Source: Candidatus Fermentithermobacillaceae bacterium DTU015 (GTDB taxonomy: Bacteria; Bacillota; Sulfobacillia; Fermentithermobacillales; Fermentithermobacillaceae). From it: a stretch of DNA of 64,000 nt. This document shows, one piece after another, positions 39,498 to 48,126 of the stretch. The translations under genes were made by a program, and so were the position numbers. Position 1 is the first letter of the stretch. Every line of letters starts with the position of its first letter. The notes below the pieces were generated by a model that did not search any database, was not told the DNA's origin, and saw only the letters and a program-made list of their open reading frames with translations. The DNA is taken from positions 171,739 through 235,738 of the forward strand of contig LFST01000046.1 in assembly GCA_001513185.1 (NCBI GenBank). Reading direction: 5' to 3'.

Positions 39498-39986
39498 CTA
39501 GAGTTTGTAACCTATTTTTCTCAAGAAATCTTTGCGTGCCTGGATGTCCTCAGGCCCTTCCACGCCCAGAGGTGAACCTCCGTCTATGACCCCCATTATC
39601 CCGCGGCCTTGCTCTGTATCAGCCACGATGACCTGTACCGGGTTGGCGGTGGCGCAGAAGATGTTGACCACCTCAGGCACCATCTTAATATTGTTGAGTA
39701 CGTTTATGGGGAAGCCGTTTTCCATGAAAATGATAAAGGCGTGGCCCGTGCCCAAGGCTAAGGCGTTGTTCACCGCAAGTTCCACCAGCTTGTCGTCGTT
39801 GCCGGCTGAGCGCACCAGCCGGGGCCCGCTTGCTTCTAAGAACGCAATACCGAACTTGATCCCGCCGCCGGCGTTTGCCATGGCTTCATATAGATCTTCC
39901 ACGGATTTTATGAAATGGGACTGCCCGAGTATCATATTCAGATTGTCGGGATTTTGGATGTTTACTATTTCGAACTTAACTCCCAT
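39498..39986 (-). CDS. PF04008 (adenosine-specific kinase/DUF355) family protein
   Basis: 162-aa soluble protein. Family assignment is from recalled motif similarity and is unverified. Confidence 0.55.
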   Translation of the reverse strand: MGVKFEIVNIQNPDNLNMILGQSHFIKSVEDLYEAMANAGGGIKFGIAFLEASGPRLVRSAGNDDKLVELAVNNALALGTGHAFIIFMENGFPINVLNNIKMVPEVVNIFCATANPVQVIVADTEQGRGIMGVIDGGSPLGVEGPEDIQARKDFLRKIGYKL

Positions 39987-40084
39987 TCTATCTCCTCCTA
40001 AACAATGGTCAGGTGTTCCAGAATTCTACAAGCTAATCAGCTTGTCCTGCCTGTACCTGGGACCCATCCAGATCCGAAGATAAG

Positions 40085-40546
40085 CTACTCCTGGCCACCG
40101 TTGCCGACATATACGATCTGGCCTGACGGTAAGAGTCCTAGGTTATCTACTGAAGGATCTGCGGTGATAAGGGTCCCGCCGGAAACCTTGGCAAGGTACA
40201 CACACAAGCTTGTGCCCGGCTCAAGCCCTTGATGTTCCGACATGAGCCTTGCGGCTTCCAGGGCGCCTTCCTGGGTGACAGGTTCCACCTGGAGGGGGAG
40301 CTGGTCAAGCAATGCAAGCAGTTCCGCAAAGCAGTCAGGGTGCTGGGCAAGCCCTTTGTGGTATACGTGGACCATGTCCAGCGCCGTGATGCTCACTTTC
40401 GCCCCGCTGGCGTGGGCTTGTTCCAGGAGCCTCTGAACTACCTGCCCTTTCGGCGTGCCCTCCAGATACGCCATCAGCGCCGGAGCGTCGATTATGCAAG
40501 CTGAGTCACCGCACACTGACGGGCTATCATGACTGGCTGGCTTCAT
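40085..40546 (-). CDS. PIN-domain toxin (VapC-like)
   Basis: Conserved acidic residues in IIDAPAL and LITAD. SD GGAGA 9 nt upstream. Overlaps the upstream antitoxin by 20 nt. Confidence 0.65.
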   Translation of the reverse strand: MKPASHDSPSVCGDSACIIDAPALMAYLEGTPKGQVVQRLLEQAHASGAKVSITALDMVHVYHKGLAQHPDCFAELLALLDQLPLQVEPVTQEGALEAARLMSEHQGLEPGTSLCVYLAKVSGGTLITADPSVDNLGLLPSGQIVYVGNGGQE

Positions 40547-40757
40547 CAGTATGCTCTCCTTGACCGGTGTGTTTCCTGCTGAAAAAACCCAGCCCGTATC
40601 CTACCGGGTCGTCTACTTCAGGCACCAGTACCACCTTGCCGTCAAGGTCGTATACGGCAAACTTGGTTCCGGGCTTAAGGCCCAGCTTATTTCTTATATG
40701 TGCCGGGATGACTATCTGGCCTCTTGTAGAAAGGGACGTTTTGTGCAATGGATTCAC
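40527..40757 (-). CDS. AbrB/MazE/SpoVT-family antitoxin
   Basis: Swapped-hairpin motif TRGQIVIPAHIRNKLGLKPGTKF. Immediately upstream of the PIN gene. Confidence 0.65.
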   Translation of the reverse strand: MNPLHKTSLSTRGQIVIPAHIRNKLGLKPGTKFAVYDLDGKVVLVPEVDDPVGYGLGFFSRKHTGQGEHTDEASQS

Positions 40758-40980
40758 CTCGCATACAAGCTACAGGCCTGCTGCTTACTGTGGCCATGGC
40801 GGATTTTGAGGGCGACGTAACCCCCGTATCCTTCCTAGTATGTCCGAAATTACAGGAGGATAGCAGTTGTGCTCGATTGTGTAAATTGGCTGCAAACGTT
40901 GAAATTATGTTGCAAGTTGGAGAACATATACTCAAGCGGTTGCCACAGGCTTAATCAGTGATAAATGCGGAGGTGCTAAC

Positions 40981-41223
40981 ATGGCTGCTGAACACAAAGT
41001 GGTAGTGTACTCTACTCCCACCTGTCCGTGGTGCGTAAGGGCCAAAGATTACTTGAGGGACAACGGAATCGAGTTTGAGGAAAAAGATGTGTCAGTAGAC
41101 ATCCAGGCTGCACGTGAAATGGTTAAGATATCGGGCCAGATGGGCGTACCGGTACTTAGCATTGACGGTAATGTCGTGGTCGGATTTGATAAGAATAAAA
41201 TCGACGAGCTCCTGGGCCTCTAA
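40981..41223 (+). CDS. glutaredoxin-like protein (YruB/NrdH-like, CPWC)
   Basis: 80 aa, TCPWC active site. SD GGAGGTG. Confidence 0.8.
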   Translation: MAAEHKVVVYSTPTCPWCVRAKDYLRDNGIEFEEKDVSVDIQAAREMVKISGQMGVPVLSIDGNVVVGFDKNKIDELLGL

Positions 41224-41240
41224 GCCATCCAGGAAAAAGA

Positions 41241-41274
41241 CGCCGGCCGCACCGGGGAGTGTGCGGCCTTTTGT
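41241..41274. terminator. bidirectional intrinsic terminator between the glutaredoxin gene (+) and the small peptide gene (-)
   Basis: GGCCGCAC-cggggagt-GTGCGGCC with a U-run on both strands. Confidence 0.65.
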
Positions 41275-41284
41275 CCTTCATGTA

Positions 41285-41374
41285 TTAGTCGAGTCCTAGT
41301 ATGAGTAGGATGAGAATCAGGAATACGATGAACGCAAGTTCGTCATCAAAGCACCGTCCGTGCCTGCCTCCCAT
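41285..41374 (-). CDS. 29-aa hydrophobic small peptide (YjcZ-like), not in ORF track
   Basis: Strong SD GGAGAGGAGG 6-7 nt upstream of the ATG. Sequence MGGRHGRCFDDELAFIVFLILILLILGLD. Paralogous to 47435..47614. Confidence 0.5.
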   Translation of the reverse strand: MGGRHGRCFDDELAFIVFLILILLILGLD

Positions 41375-41455
41375 GTCTGAGCCTCCTCTCCGGTAAACTC
41401 AATTCATATTATGTAAATCAGGAAAAGTTGCTACAGTCTCGGGGGAGTTTTGCAG

Positions 41456-41494
41456 GTTGCACCGGAGCCGGGTTTACCCTGTCTCCGGTGCAAC
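41456..41494 (-). terminator. 12-bp-stem hairpin downstream of the CotF-like gene (no U-tract)
   Basis: GTTGCACCGGAG ... CTCCGGTGCAAC stem with 15-nt loop. Confidence 0.4.
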
Positions 41495-41557
41495 CCTTTC
41501 CCGGCCGGGTTTTGCCGGCATCTGGGACGGTGCTTGCTGTACGAGGGTCAAAGCGAG

Positions 41558-42070
41558 CTACTGCGGGTTGTAGTAGCCGTGTTTTTGCATGTAATTGAAG
41601 ATTTTTTCACCGTGCTTTTGCTCGTCGTCCTGAATCTTCTGGAGGTCTCTTCTAAGCTGGGGGTTGGCTGACTCAAACACCGAAGTATCGTAGGCGCCTG
41701 AAATGAACTTCTCGGTCATGAGCATATCTTGGCACATGGCCGCGTCATCAGGCTGGCCCGCTTGCCCCCCCTGGCCTGCCTGGGTTTGACCCTGGGACTG
41801 CTGGTTCCAGGCATAGGTTTGGGCGTCAGCTTGAGCCATCTGCCCTTGTCCTTGTGCCTGGCCCTGTTGCATCCCGCTTTGGCCTTCCAGGTACCTGTTT
41901 AAGGTGTCGTAGTGGTTTTGCTCTTCTTGGGCCAGTTCGTTGAAAAGGTTGCGCAGTTCCTGGCACTGGGTCAGGTTGGCATACCCTCTGTACTTCTTGA
42001 TGCAGATTTCCTCATGGGCTAATTGATCTTGAATCAGCGATCGTTCTTTTTGAGTGAGCTGATGTGTCAT
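41558..42070 (-). CDS. spore coat protein F (CotF)-like, ferritin-like fold with Gln/Gly-rich insert
   Basis: N- and C-terminal Coat_F-like halves separated by QGQAQGQGQ low-complexity insert. SD AAGAGGTGA 5 nt before the ATG. Confidence 0.7.
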   Translation of the reverse strand: MTHQLTQKERSLIQDQLAHEEICIKKYRGYANLTQCQELRNLFNELAQEEQNHYDTLNRYLEGQSGMQQGQAQGQGQMAQADAQTYAWNQQSQGQTQAGQGGQAGQPDDAAMCQDMLMTEKFISGAYDTSVFESANPQLRRDLQKIQDDEQKHGEKIFNYMQKHGYYNPQ

Positions 42071-42409
42071 GGCTATCACCTCTTGTTAAGGATGCGGAAA
42101 AATGCCGCCACATATTCTTGAGACCAATAGGAACTTGCACTGGTTTTGATATGAAGCAGGTCTTGCATACGGCCTGAACAGTGCCTCTAACAGGCAGGCA
42201 GGTGTGGCCGCACAAATGGCTGAGCCAATTTGCCTATCTTGAAATTCTGATTTTGTGCGTCCTTGTCGAAAATAATGGTTGATTTATTGACTGCCAAACT
42301 ATATAGTGTAGAGTGGTAGGGTATCAGTGATGCATGAGACATGAATACCTTACCACCGGGATACCGGATGTGCCGATGGGGATTACTGAAATTATAGAAG
42401 GGTGATTAT

Positions 42410-43672
42410 ATGGCTCAGAAAACCAATCCATTCGAGAACATGCTCGAACAGCTAGACGCGGCCGCAGAGATCGCGGGATTAGACAAACAAGAGTACATAA
42501 CCCTACGTTATCCTGAACGGGAACTTACGGTTAACTTCCCTGTCAAGATGGACGATGGGAGCATCCGCGTGTTTACCGGCTACCGCGTCCAGCACAGCAC
42601 TCTCAGAGGCCCTGCCAAAGGCGGAATCCGGTTTCACCCTGACGTAGACATGGACGAAACCAGGGCTTTGGCAGCGTGGATGACCTTCAAGTGTGCAGTG
42701 GTTGATATCCCCTACGGAGGGGCTAAAGGTGGGGTGACAGTAGATCCTACCGGAATGTCCCAAGGGGAACTTGAGCGGATTACCAGAGCTTACACAGCAG
42801 CTATTGCAGATTTCATAGGACCCGAGAAAGACATTCCTGCTACAGACGTTAACACCACCCAGCAGATGATGGGCTGGATCATGGACACTTACAGCACCCT
42901 CACCGGCGTGTATTCCCCAGGAGTGGTGACCAGCAAACCGGTGGAAGCAGGTGGATCTCTCGGCCGCAAAGAAGCTACAGGATTGGGAGTCTTCTTCGTC
43001 ACCAGGGAACTTGCAAAGAAGCTCGATATAGATCTGGCCACCTCCACCGTTGCGGTTCAGGGATTCGGCAACGTAGGCAGCAATGCAGCCAAGTTCCTCT
43101 ATGAAGCCGGTGCCAAGATCGTCGCCGTAAGCGACGTATCAGGCGGGATTTATTGCGAAGACGGGTTGGACATCCCTGCCCTAATCGAGTACGTTGAAAA
43201 CAATCCTAAGAGAGTCATCGAAGGATATAAACAGGATGGAGTTAAGGCTACAGACAATCATGGAATCCTAACCTGCAAGTGTGACTTCCTGGTCCTGGCG
43301 GCTTTGGAGAACCAGATTACAGAAGAAGTCGCAAAAGAAGTTCAGGCCAAGGTTATTGTTGAAGGTGCCAACGGGCCCACAACCTTTGCAGGAGACAAGG
43401 TACTTGAAGAAAGAGGCATCATAGTCTCCCCTGACATTCTCACCAACGCAGGCGGAGTCACATGCTCTTACTTCGAGTGGGTCCAGAACCTGCAGCACCA
43501 TTACTGGGACCTTGAGACAGTCAACACCAACCTTGAGCGGATCATGGTCAAAGCGTTCAACGAAGTATACGAGACCGCAGAAGAGCTTAAGGTTCCCATG
43601 AGGATAGCTGCTTACATCGTGGCGCTTAAGCGGTTGATTGCTACTCAGAAGATTAGGGGAATTTTCCCATAA
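42410..43672 (+). CDS. gdhA: NAD(P)-specific glutamate dehydrogenase
   Basis: GDH catalytic motif KGGIRFHP...GGAKGGV and Rossmann motif GFGNVGS. Confidence 0.9.
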   Translation: MAQKTNPFENMLEQLDAAAEIAGLDKQEYITLRYPERELTVNFPVKMDDGSIRVFTGYRVQHSTLRGPAKGGIRFHPDVDMDETRALAAWMTFKCAVVDIPYGGAKGGVTVDPTGMSQGELERITRAYTAAIADFIGPEKDIPATDVNTTQQMMGWIMDTYSTLTGVYSPGVVTSKPVEAGGSLGRKEATGLGVFFVTRELAKKLDIDLATSTVAVQGFGNVGSNAAKFLYEAGAKIVAVSDVSGGIYCEDGLDIPALIEYVENNPKRVIEGYKQDGVKATDNHGILTCKCDFLVLAALENQITEEVAKEVQAKVIVEGANGPTTFAGDKVLEERGIIVSPDILTNAGGVTCSYFEWVQNLQHHYWDLETVNTNLERIMVKAFNEVYETAEELKVPMRIAAYIVALKRLIATQKIRGIFP

Positions 43673-43684
43673 GTTTATAGGTTT

Positions 43685-43718
43685 CTGTTGGGACCTCCGG
43701 AAGGAGCATTCCCAACAG
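43685..43718 (+). terminator. compound hairpin 13 nt after the gdh stop (no U-tract)
   Basis: CTGTTGGGA ... TCCCAACAG 9-bp stem enclosing a CTCC-ggaa-GGAG sub-hairpin. Confidence 0.4.
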
Positions 43719-44240
43719 ATAGGTTGCGGAGTCAGGTCTGCAGCAATAGTCTGAGCAAGTATGCAGAAGTGGTTGCGCCAGAGTTTGCAGTACCAAGCAA
43801 GCACAAGTTGCAGCCAGGAACGGAGCAAAGATGCACAACCGATAAAGCACTAGTTGAACAACATTGCGGCACTCATGAAGCTATAAACGGAGCAAGCATT
43901 GTACCAGGATAGGACGTAGCAAGAGACGCGGCAAGCAACCGAGCCAACACCGCCTACACACGACGCACTGGCTGCAGCAAGTACGCAGTAGACACAAACC
44001 AGGAAAAGAAGCAGGAGTTGTAGCAGGGACGCAGCATAGGATTCGGCCAAGACGAACCGGAATTCAGTGATGAGATTCACGACACAGGGGTTTTGAAACC
44101 GCACTGGGTACGATTCAAGGTTTTGGTCGATGCAGCATCCGACGAAAGAGTAACCGGAACAGGGAACGGAGCTTATATGCACCAATGTATGAACCGTGCT
44201 TCACACAACACGACGGAACTATACCGCAGCCTAGCGTAAG
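43719..44240 (+). ncRNA. T-depleted A/C/G-rich non-coding region, candidate structured or large ncRNA
   Basis: ~520 nt with only ~13% T on the plus strand and recurring GCAGCAA/AGCAAGC motifs. No SD-led ORF. Ends at a strong terminator. Confidence 0.35.
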
Positions 44241-44266
44241 AGGGCCCTTTTGAAGGGCCCTTTTAT
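44241..44266 (+). terminator. strong intrinsic terminator
   Basis: AGGGCCCTT-ttg-AAGGGCCCT 9-bp GC stem followed by UUUUAU. Confidence 0.75.
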
Positions 44267-44373
44267 ATTGTAGAATCAAGTCAAGTGCAAAGGTTTGGTT
44301 GCAAAAAGGTGGGTGTGGGTTGAAAGCCATGGGGTGCGGTGGCTGCGGAAGCAAGCCAAGTGAGGGGCCTAGC

Positions 44374-45069
44374 ATGTCCTGGGAATATGCAACACGGGTG
44401 AAGCACAATCCCGCATATGCCGTGGTTGTGGCAGGTGGCTCTAAGACCGAATCAGACCTCAGGGTGGTGGAACGCGCCTCTCTGGTGGTTGCAGCAGATT
44501 CAGGGGCTGAGTTTTTGAGGCAGCACAAGCTGGTTCCCGACATAGTAGTGGGGGATTTCGACTCTTGCCATCCTGATACCGTTGCTCGCTTCAGGGACCT
44601 GGGGGTGCCGGTGGTCTGCCTTGAGCGGGATAAAGACAAGACCGACACCGAGGTCGCACTGGATTTGATTGCGGGTAAAGGATTCGACACCGCAATCATA
44701 ATCGGCGGGACCAGGGGAAGGCGACTGGACCATGAACTGGCCAACGTATTCTTGATCGAGCACTATGCCAGAAAAGGCATGGATGTGATAATCCATTCCC
44801 AAGACTCTGTGATTTTTGGGGTATCCGGAGATGAAGGCGGCCCGGCGATACGGCGGCGGGTGTTTGCCGGCAACCCGGGTGACTGGGTGACCATAATGCC
44901 CATAACTTCCCGGGTTACCGGTGCTGTTTCGTCTAACCTCAAGTTCCCCCTCAAAGATGATGTGCTTTACAGGGGAAGCACCCTCGGCGTTTCCAACGAG
45001 ATGCTTGATAGCACCGCGAGCATAGCGATTACCTCGGGCTTTGCCCTGGTATTGCTCCATCCCAGATAA
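44374..45069 (+). CDS. thiamine diphosphokinase (thiamine pyrophosphokinase)
   Basis: TPK blocks VVAADSGAEF, VGDFDS and KDKTDTEVAL. ATG 44374 lies 6 nt after GAGGGG. The track ORF adds a Cys/Gly-rich 25-aa N-terminus. Confidence 0.8.
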   Translation: MSWEYATRVKHNPAYAVVVAGGSKTESDLRVVERASLVVAADSGAEFLRQHKLVPDIVVGDFDSCHPDTVARFRDLGVPVVCLERDKDKTDTEVALDLIAGKGFDTAIIIGGTRGRRLDHELANVFLIEHYARKGMDVIIHSQDSVIFGVSGDEGGPAIRRRVFAGNPGDWVTIMPITSRVTGAVSSNLKFPLKDDVLYRGSTLGVSNEMLDSTASIAITSGFALVLLHPR

Positions 45070-45086
45070 GCCCTGCCAACCTGCGA

Positions 45087-45911
45087 TCAGTTGCCAGGCA
45101 GCTCGCTTAAGGGCCTGCCTCTGGGATCGTCTCTGGCCGGCTTACCTATTGCCATCAATTCGCCTAAAGTTATGATTTCGTATCCGGCTGCCTTGAGATT
45201 TTCCAGTACCATGGGCAAGGCTTCGTGGGTTTGCTTCGCTGAATCTGATGCGTGGAACAGCAAGATGGCTCCTGGAAAAGTGAGCTTTGACACCCTCTCA
45301 ACGATGTACGACGCACCGGGGTTTTTCCAATCCAGGCTGTCAACCGCCCAGATCACCGTCTCGTAGCCGAGTTCCCTGGCAGTAAGCACCACCAGGTCAT
45401 CGTAGTCCCCGTTGGGAGGCCTGAAAAATTGGGGGATGGTGCCGGTCAGGTTCACCAGTATGTCGTGGGCTGACTGGATGTTTTGCTTGATAGCCTCTTT
45501 GCTTTCCTGGCTGAGGTTTACGTGTTCTTGCCCGTGGCTGGCGATCTCATGGCCGTCTTGGACTATGCGCGAAACTATCGATTTATAGTGGCTAGCCCAG
45601 GGCCCAGAGAGAAAGAAGGTAGCCTTTTGATTGTATTCCGACAGCACGTCAAGCACTTTGTCAGGGGTTTTGTCGCCCCATGATATGTCAAATGTAAGCG
45701 CCACTGCCTTTCTGTCGGTCTGCACGTAAAATACAGGCATTTCAGTGCCCATTGCAAGCCGCGGGTCGTACTCCTCGAACACGGGTTTTACTGCGGGCGG
45801 CCGCAAGCCGTAGTATATGCCCCCTGCTACAAGCAATGCTGCCACCGCTGCAAATGCTAACCTTTGCTTGACGAATGACAAGACCCTCTTTAATGCCCTT
45901 ATGATGAACAT
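45087..45911 (-). CDS. polysaccharide deacetylase family protein (NodB domain, N-terminal TM)
   Basis: NodB motifs TFDISWG, HGQEH and VLLFHAS. N-terminal membrane anchor. Confidence 0.85.
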   Translation of the reverse strand: MFIIRALKRVLSFVKQRLAFAAVAALLVAGGIYYGLRPPAVKPVFEEYDPRLAMGTEMPVFYVQTDRKAVALTFDISWGDKTPDKVLDVLSEYNQKATFFLSGPWASHYKSIVSRIVQDGHEIASHGQEHVNLSQESKEAIKQNIQSAHDILVNLTGTIPQFFRPPNGDYDDLVVLTARELGYETVIWAVDSLDWKNPGASYIVERVSKLTFPGAILLFHASDSAKQTHEALPMVLENLKAAGYEIITLGELMAIGKPARDDPRGRPLSELPGN

Positions 45912-46006
45912 GGAAATTCCCTCCGGGAGGCTGAGCCGGGGACCCTATCCCCGGCTCCGGTTGTGTTTGGTCCATATAAAAAGATAGTTTTAGCGGGAGA
46001 AAGATA

Positions 46007-47029
46007 TTACCTGTGGCGGGCTAAAACACGCCTCGTGCCGTCCTGGATTTCATCAGGCTCCAGGCGGCGTTGCTTGAGCCACCCCCTACGTATTCCCACG
46101 CCTGGCTTGTGTCTTTGTGCCGGCGGTTGTACCGGCGTCTTGATACACTGAGATGGCTGCTTTGAGACAGGTTTTGCTATTACCGACTCGCCGTCAGGCG
46201 ACAAGCTTATCTGGACTTCCTGTCCGTGTTTGCCGGGAGCCTCAGGCGGAGGCGGTCCGACTGGGGTGCTAGCCGGCTTTGACCTGGACTTTTCCAGCCC
46301 AGCCAAAAAGTTGACCAAAGAAACTATGAGCTTGGGGTCTAATCCAAAGCTGCCTTGGGAGGAAGCAGTTGGCTCCTCCTTAGATACCGCGGCTGCGTCG
46401 CCGGAGGCTTCAGGAGCTGAAGCGGGTTTACTCCTGGTCAAGGATGGGATCAGTTTCAGGATAGCCGAAATCAGGTTAGGGTCGATTCCCCCTTGTTTGC
46501 TGCCAAGGAGCAACGGTAACGCAGAAAGCAAGGGCGCCAGAGCATCAGGTTTAGCTGCCCCGCCTTGGGTACCTGGCAGTCCGGCCGGCTGCGCTTGTGT
46601 TTGGATGCTGCCTTGTGTGGCGGCCGGCTGTGCTATAGCCTCTGCAACGGGACTGTCTTTTGGTGAACCGGAGCTGCCGGCTGATGTTTCCGGGCCGGTG
46701 TCGCTCGGGGCAGCCTGTGTAGCCGGCCGGTCATCTCCGGTGGTATCAGGCCTGCCTGCGTCTAGCCCGGCTTCGTCCAAGCCGGTTCTGCGAGGGGCCG
46801 AAACCTCTTGCAGCTCGCCGGCGGCGTAAAACACTTCCAAAATCCCCATGAGGTTAAGCAGTGCAAGCAGTCCTGCTTTTTCCCGGACCCAAGCAGGATC
46901 ACCGGCACCTTCACTAGTCAAGCAAACCTGGGCAAGCCGGCTAAGGCTGCCGTTACTCACCGTTTGCTCCACTCCGTCCAAAGAAGCCAGCAAACTCCGG
47001 AGGTACTTTTCCACCCAACACGCCTCCAA
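46007..47029 (-). CDS. Pro/Ala/Ser/Gly/Gln-rich low-complexity protein
   Basis: Long ORF co-oriented with and overlapping the 3' end of the ybaB-like gene. Start ambiguous (GTG/TTG candidates between 46963 and 47029). Amphipathic segments among low-complexity tracts. Confidence 0.45.
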   Translation of the reverse strand: MEACWVEKYLRSLLASLDGVEQTVSNGSLSRLAQVCLTSEGAGDPAWVREKAGLLALLNLMGILEVFYAAGELQEVSAPRRTGLDEAGLDAGRPDTTGDDRPATQAAPSDTGPETSAGSSGSPKDSPVAEAIAQPAATQGSIQTQAQPAGLPGTQGGAAKPDALAPLLSALPLLLGSKQGGIDPNLISAILKLIPSLTRSKPASAPEASGDAAAVSKEEPTASSQGSFGLDPKLIVSLVNFLAGLEKSRSKPASTPVGPPPPEAPGKHGQEVQISLSPDGESVIAKPVSKQPSQCIKTPVQPPAQRHKPGVGIRRGWLKQRRLEPDEIQDGTRRVLARHR

Positions 47030-47303
47030 TTTCGGTCCTCAGCAAGGCCCGGGCCTTTCTGATGGCGTCGTTGACCGCCAGGGCTATTGCCTCTTCCAGC
47101 GTGGCCAAATCAAAAGGCCGCTCAGCCAGTTTGTTCCGGTCGATGGTTATGTGTTTGATGTTGAACCAGATATCTCCGGTTACCTTGACCAGCCCATCGT
47201 TGGCAGTGCCTTCCACCGTCATATCTTGCAGGTTTGACAATCTTGTGTTTACCTCGGACTCGATTTTTTCCATCTGCATGAGTAAACTCGCGAGGTTGTG
47301 CAC
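46953..47303 (-). CDS. YbaB/EbfC-family nucleoid-associated protein paralog
   Basis: GLVKVTGD and LEEAIALAVNDAIRKA blocks. GTG start 7 nt after SD GGAGGGAAC. Confidence 0.7.
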   Translation of the reverse strand: MHNLASLLMQMEKIESEVNTRLSNLQDMTVEGTANDGLVKVTGDIWFNIKHITIDRNKLAERPFDLATLEEAIALAVNDAIRKARALLRTEIGGVLGGKVPPEFAGFFGRSGANGE

Positions 47304-47434
47304 TTAAGTTCCCTCCAGTTCCCCTTGTTTCAGCATCTTATGCACATCTTGCCCGTGATGGTGCCAGCCATCAGCAATTTGGGAACAACTTCTGAAACCA
47401 CCAGGTTAAGGTTGGTTTTCTTCACCGTGTACCG

Positions 47435-47614
47435 CTAGGATTTCTCCGGGGCCCGCCGCTTTGAGCTCAGCAGCCCCACCGGGCTGTCATGGGCTCTTGG
47501 GTCGTTTTTGCCTGTACGGGCTGCGCTCGTACTAAAAGAGCCTGTGGCTGCCAGAAGCAAGATCAAAATCAGAAACAGTTCATACGGGTTGACGTCAACT
47601 CCGAAGATCCGCAT
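47435..47614 (-). CDS. 59-aa small membrane peptide, not in ORF track
   Basis: SD GGAGGA 6 nt before the ATG. Sequence MRIFGVDVNPYELFLILILLLAATGSF... with a charged tail. Paralogous core to 41285..41374. Confidence 0.5.
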   Translation of the reverse strand: MRIFGVDVNPYELFLILILLLAATGSFSTSAARTGKNDPRAHDSPVGLLSSKRRAPEKS

Positions 47615-47626
47615 CTTAATTCCTCC

Positions 47627-47938
47627 TTATGAATGAGATACCGGGTCACTTCCGCTTGACATGGTGAATGCCTGCACTAACCACAAAACTACCAGGATGA
47701 TGAACAAGGAAAACGCAGAATCAACCCTGGAAGCCAGGAGGTTCTTGGCTTGTTCCGCCAAAGCCGCGAGTTCGACGCCGTCAGCCAATGAAGCCGAACT
47801 CTCTGCAAGGCTGATCAGGGTATCTATCACATCCCGGCCCCTCTCTCCGGTAAACGGCCTTAGCGCCGAGACCAGGTCCAGCGTTTCCTTGGAAAGACTG
47901 TTGGCCACTGTAAGCCCTCCTTTTCGAGAAATGGTCAA
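47627..47938 (-). CDS. hypothetical protein with C-terminal TM helix
   Basis: 103-aa ORF directly upstream of and co-oriented with the small-peptide gene. TTG start, no strong SD. Confidence 0.4.
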   Translation of the reverse strand: MTISRKGGLTVANSLSKETLDLVSALRPFTGERGRDVIDTLISLAESSASLADGVELAALAEQAKNLLASRVDSAFSLFIILVVLWLVQAFTMSSGSDPVSHS

Positions 47939-48126
47939 GTTAGCGATGGATCATCACATAATATGAGGGACGCGGATCTTATGTTTACACCGGCAGGAGC
48001 AAATCAGAGGTGCAGGTGTTTGATGTTGGCCTTCTTGAGATATCCTTGGGGAGAACCTAAAAAGGTAAATTTGCGCCCAAAAGAGAACATTATGCCAAAG
48101 GCAGCTGAAAGAGGAGGGCGTAGCAC

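Noticed and set aside
42071-42200. Sigma-K/sigma-E promoter for the CotF-like gene
   Set aside because: Candidate -10 CATCCTTA has two mismatches to CATANNNTA and spacing to the ATATG -35-like element fits neither sigma cleanly. Left uncalled.
43688-43912. Plus-strand 74-aa ORF (and minus 111-aa ORF 43850..44185) in the T-poor region as protein-coding genes
   Set aside because: ORF persistence is explained by scarcity of T (stop codons need T). No SD. Composition is unlike neighbouring genes. Sequences are low-complexity.
44267-44373. TPP riboswitch upstream of the thiamine pyrophosphokinase gene
   Set aside because: No CUGAGA / ACCUGAUCUGGAUAAUGCCAGCG-like conserved elements. The region is only ~100 nt and A/G-rich without the THI-box.
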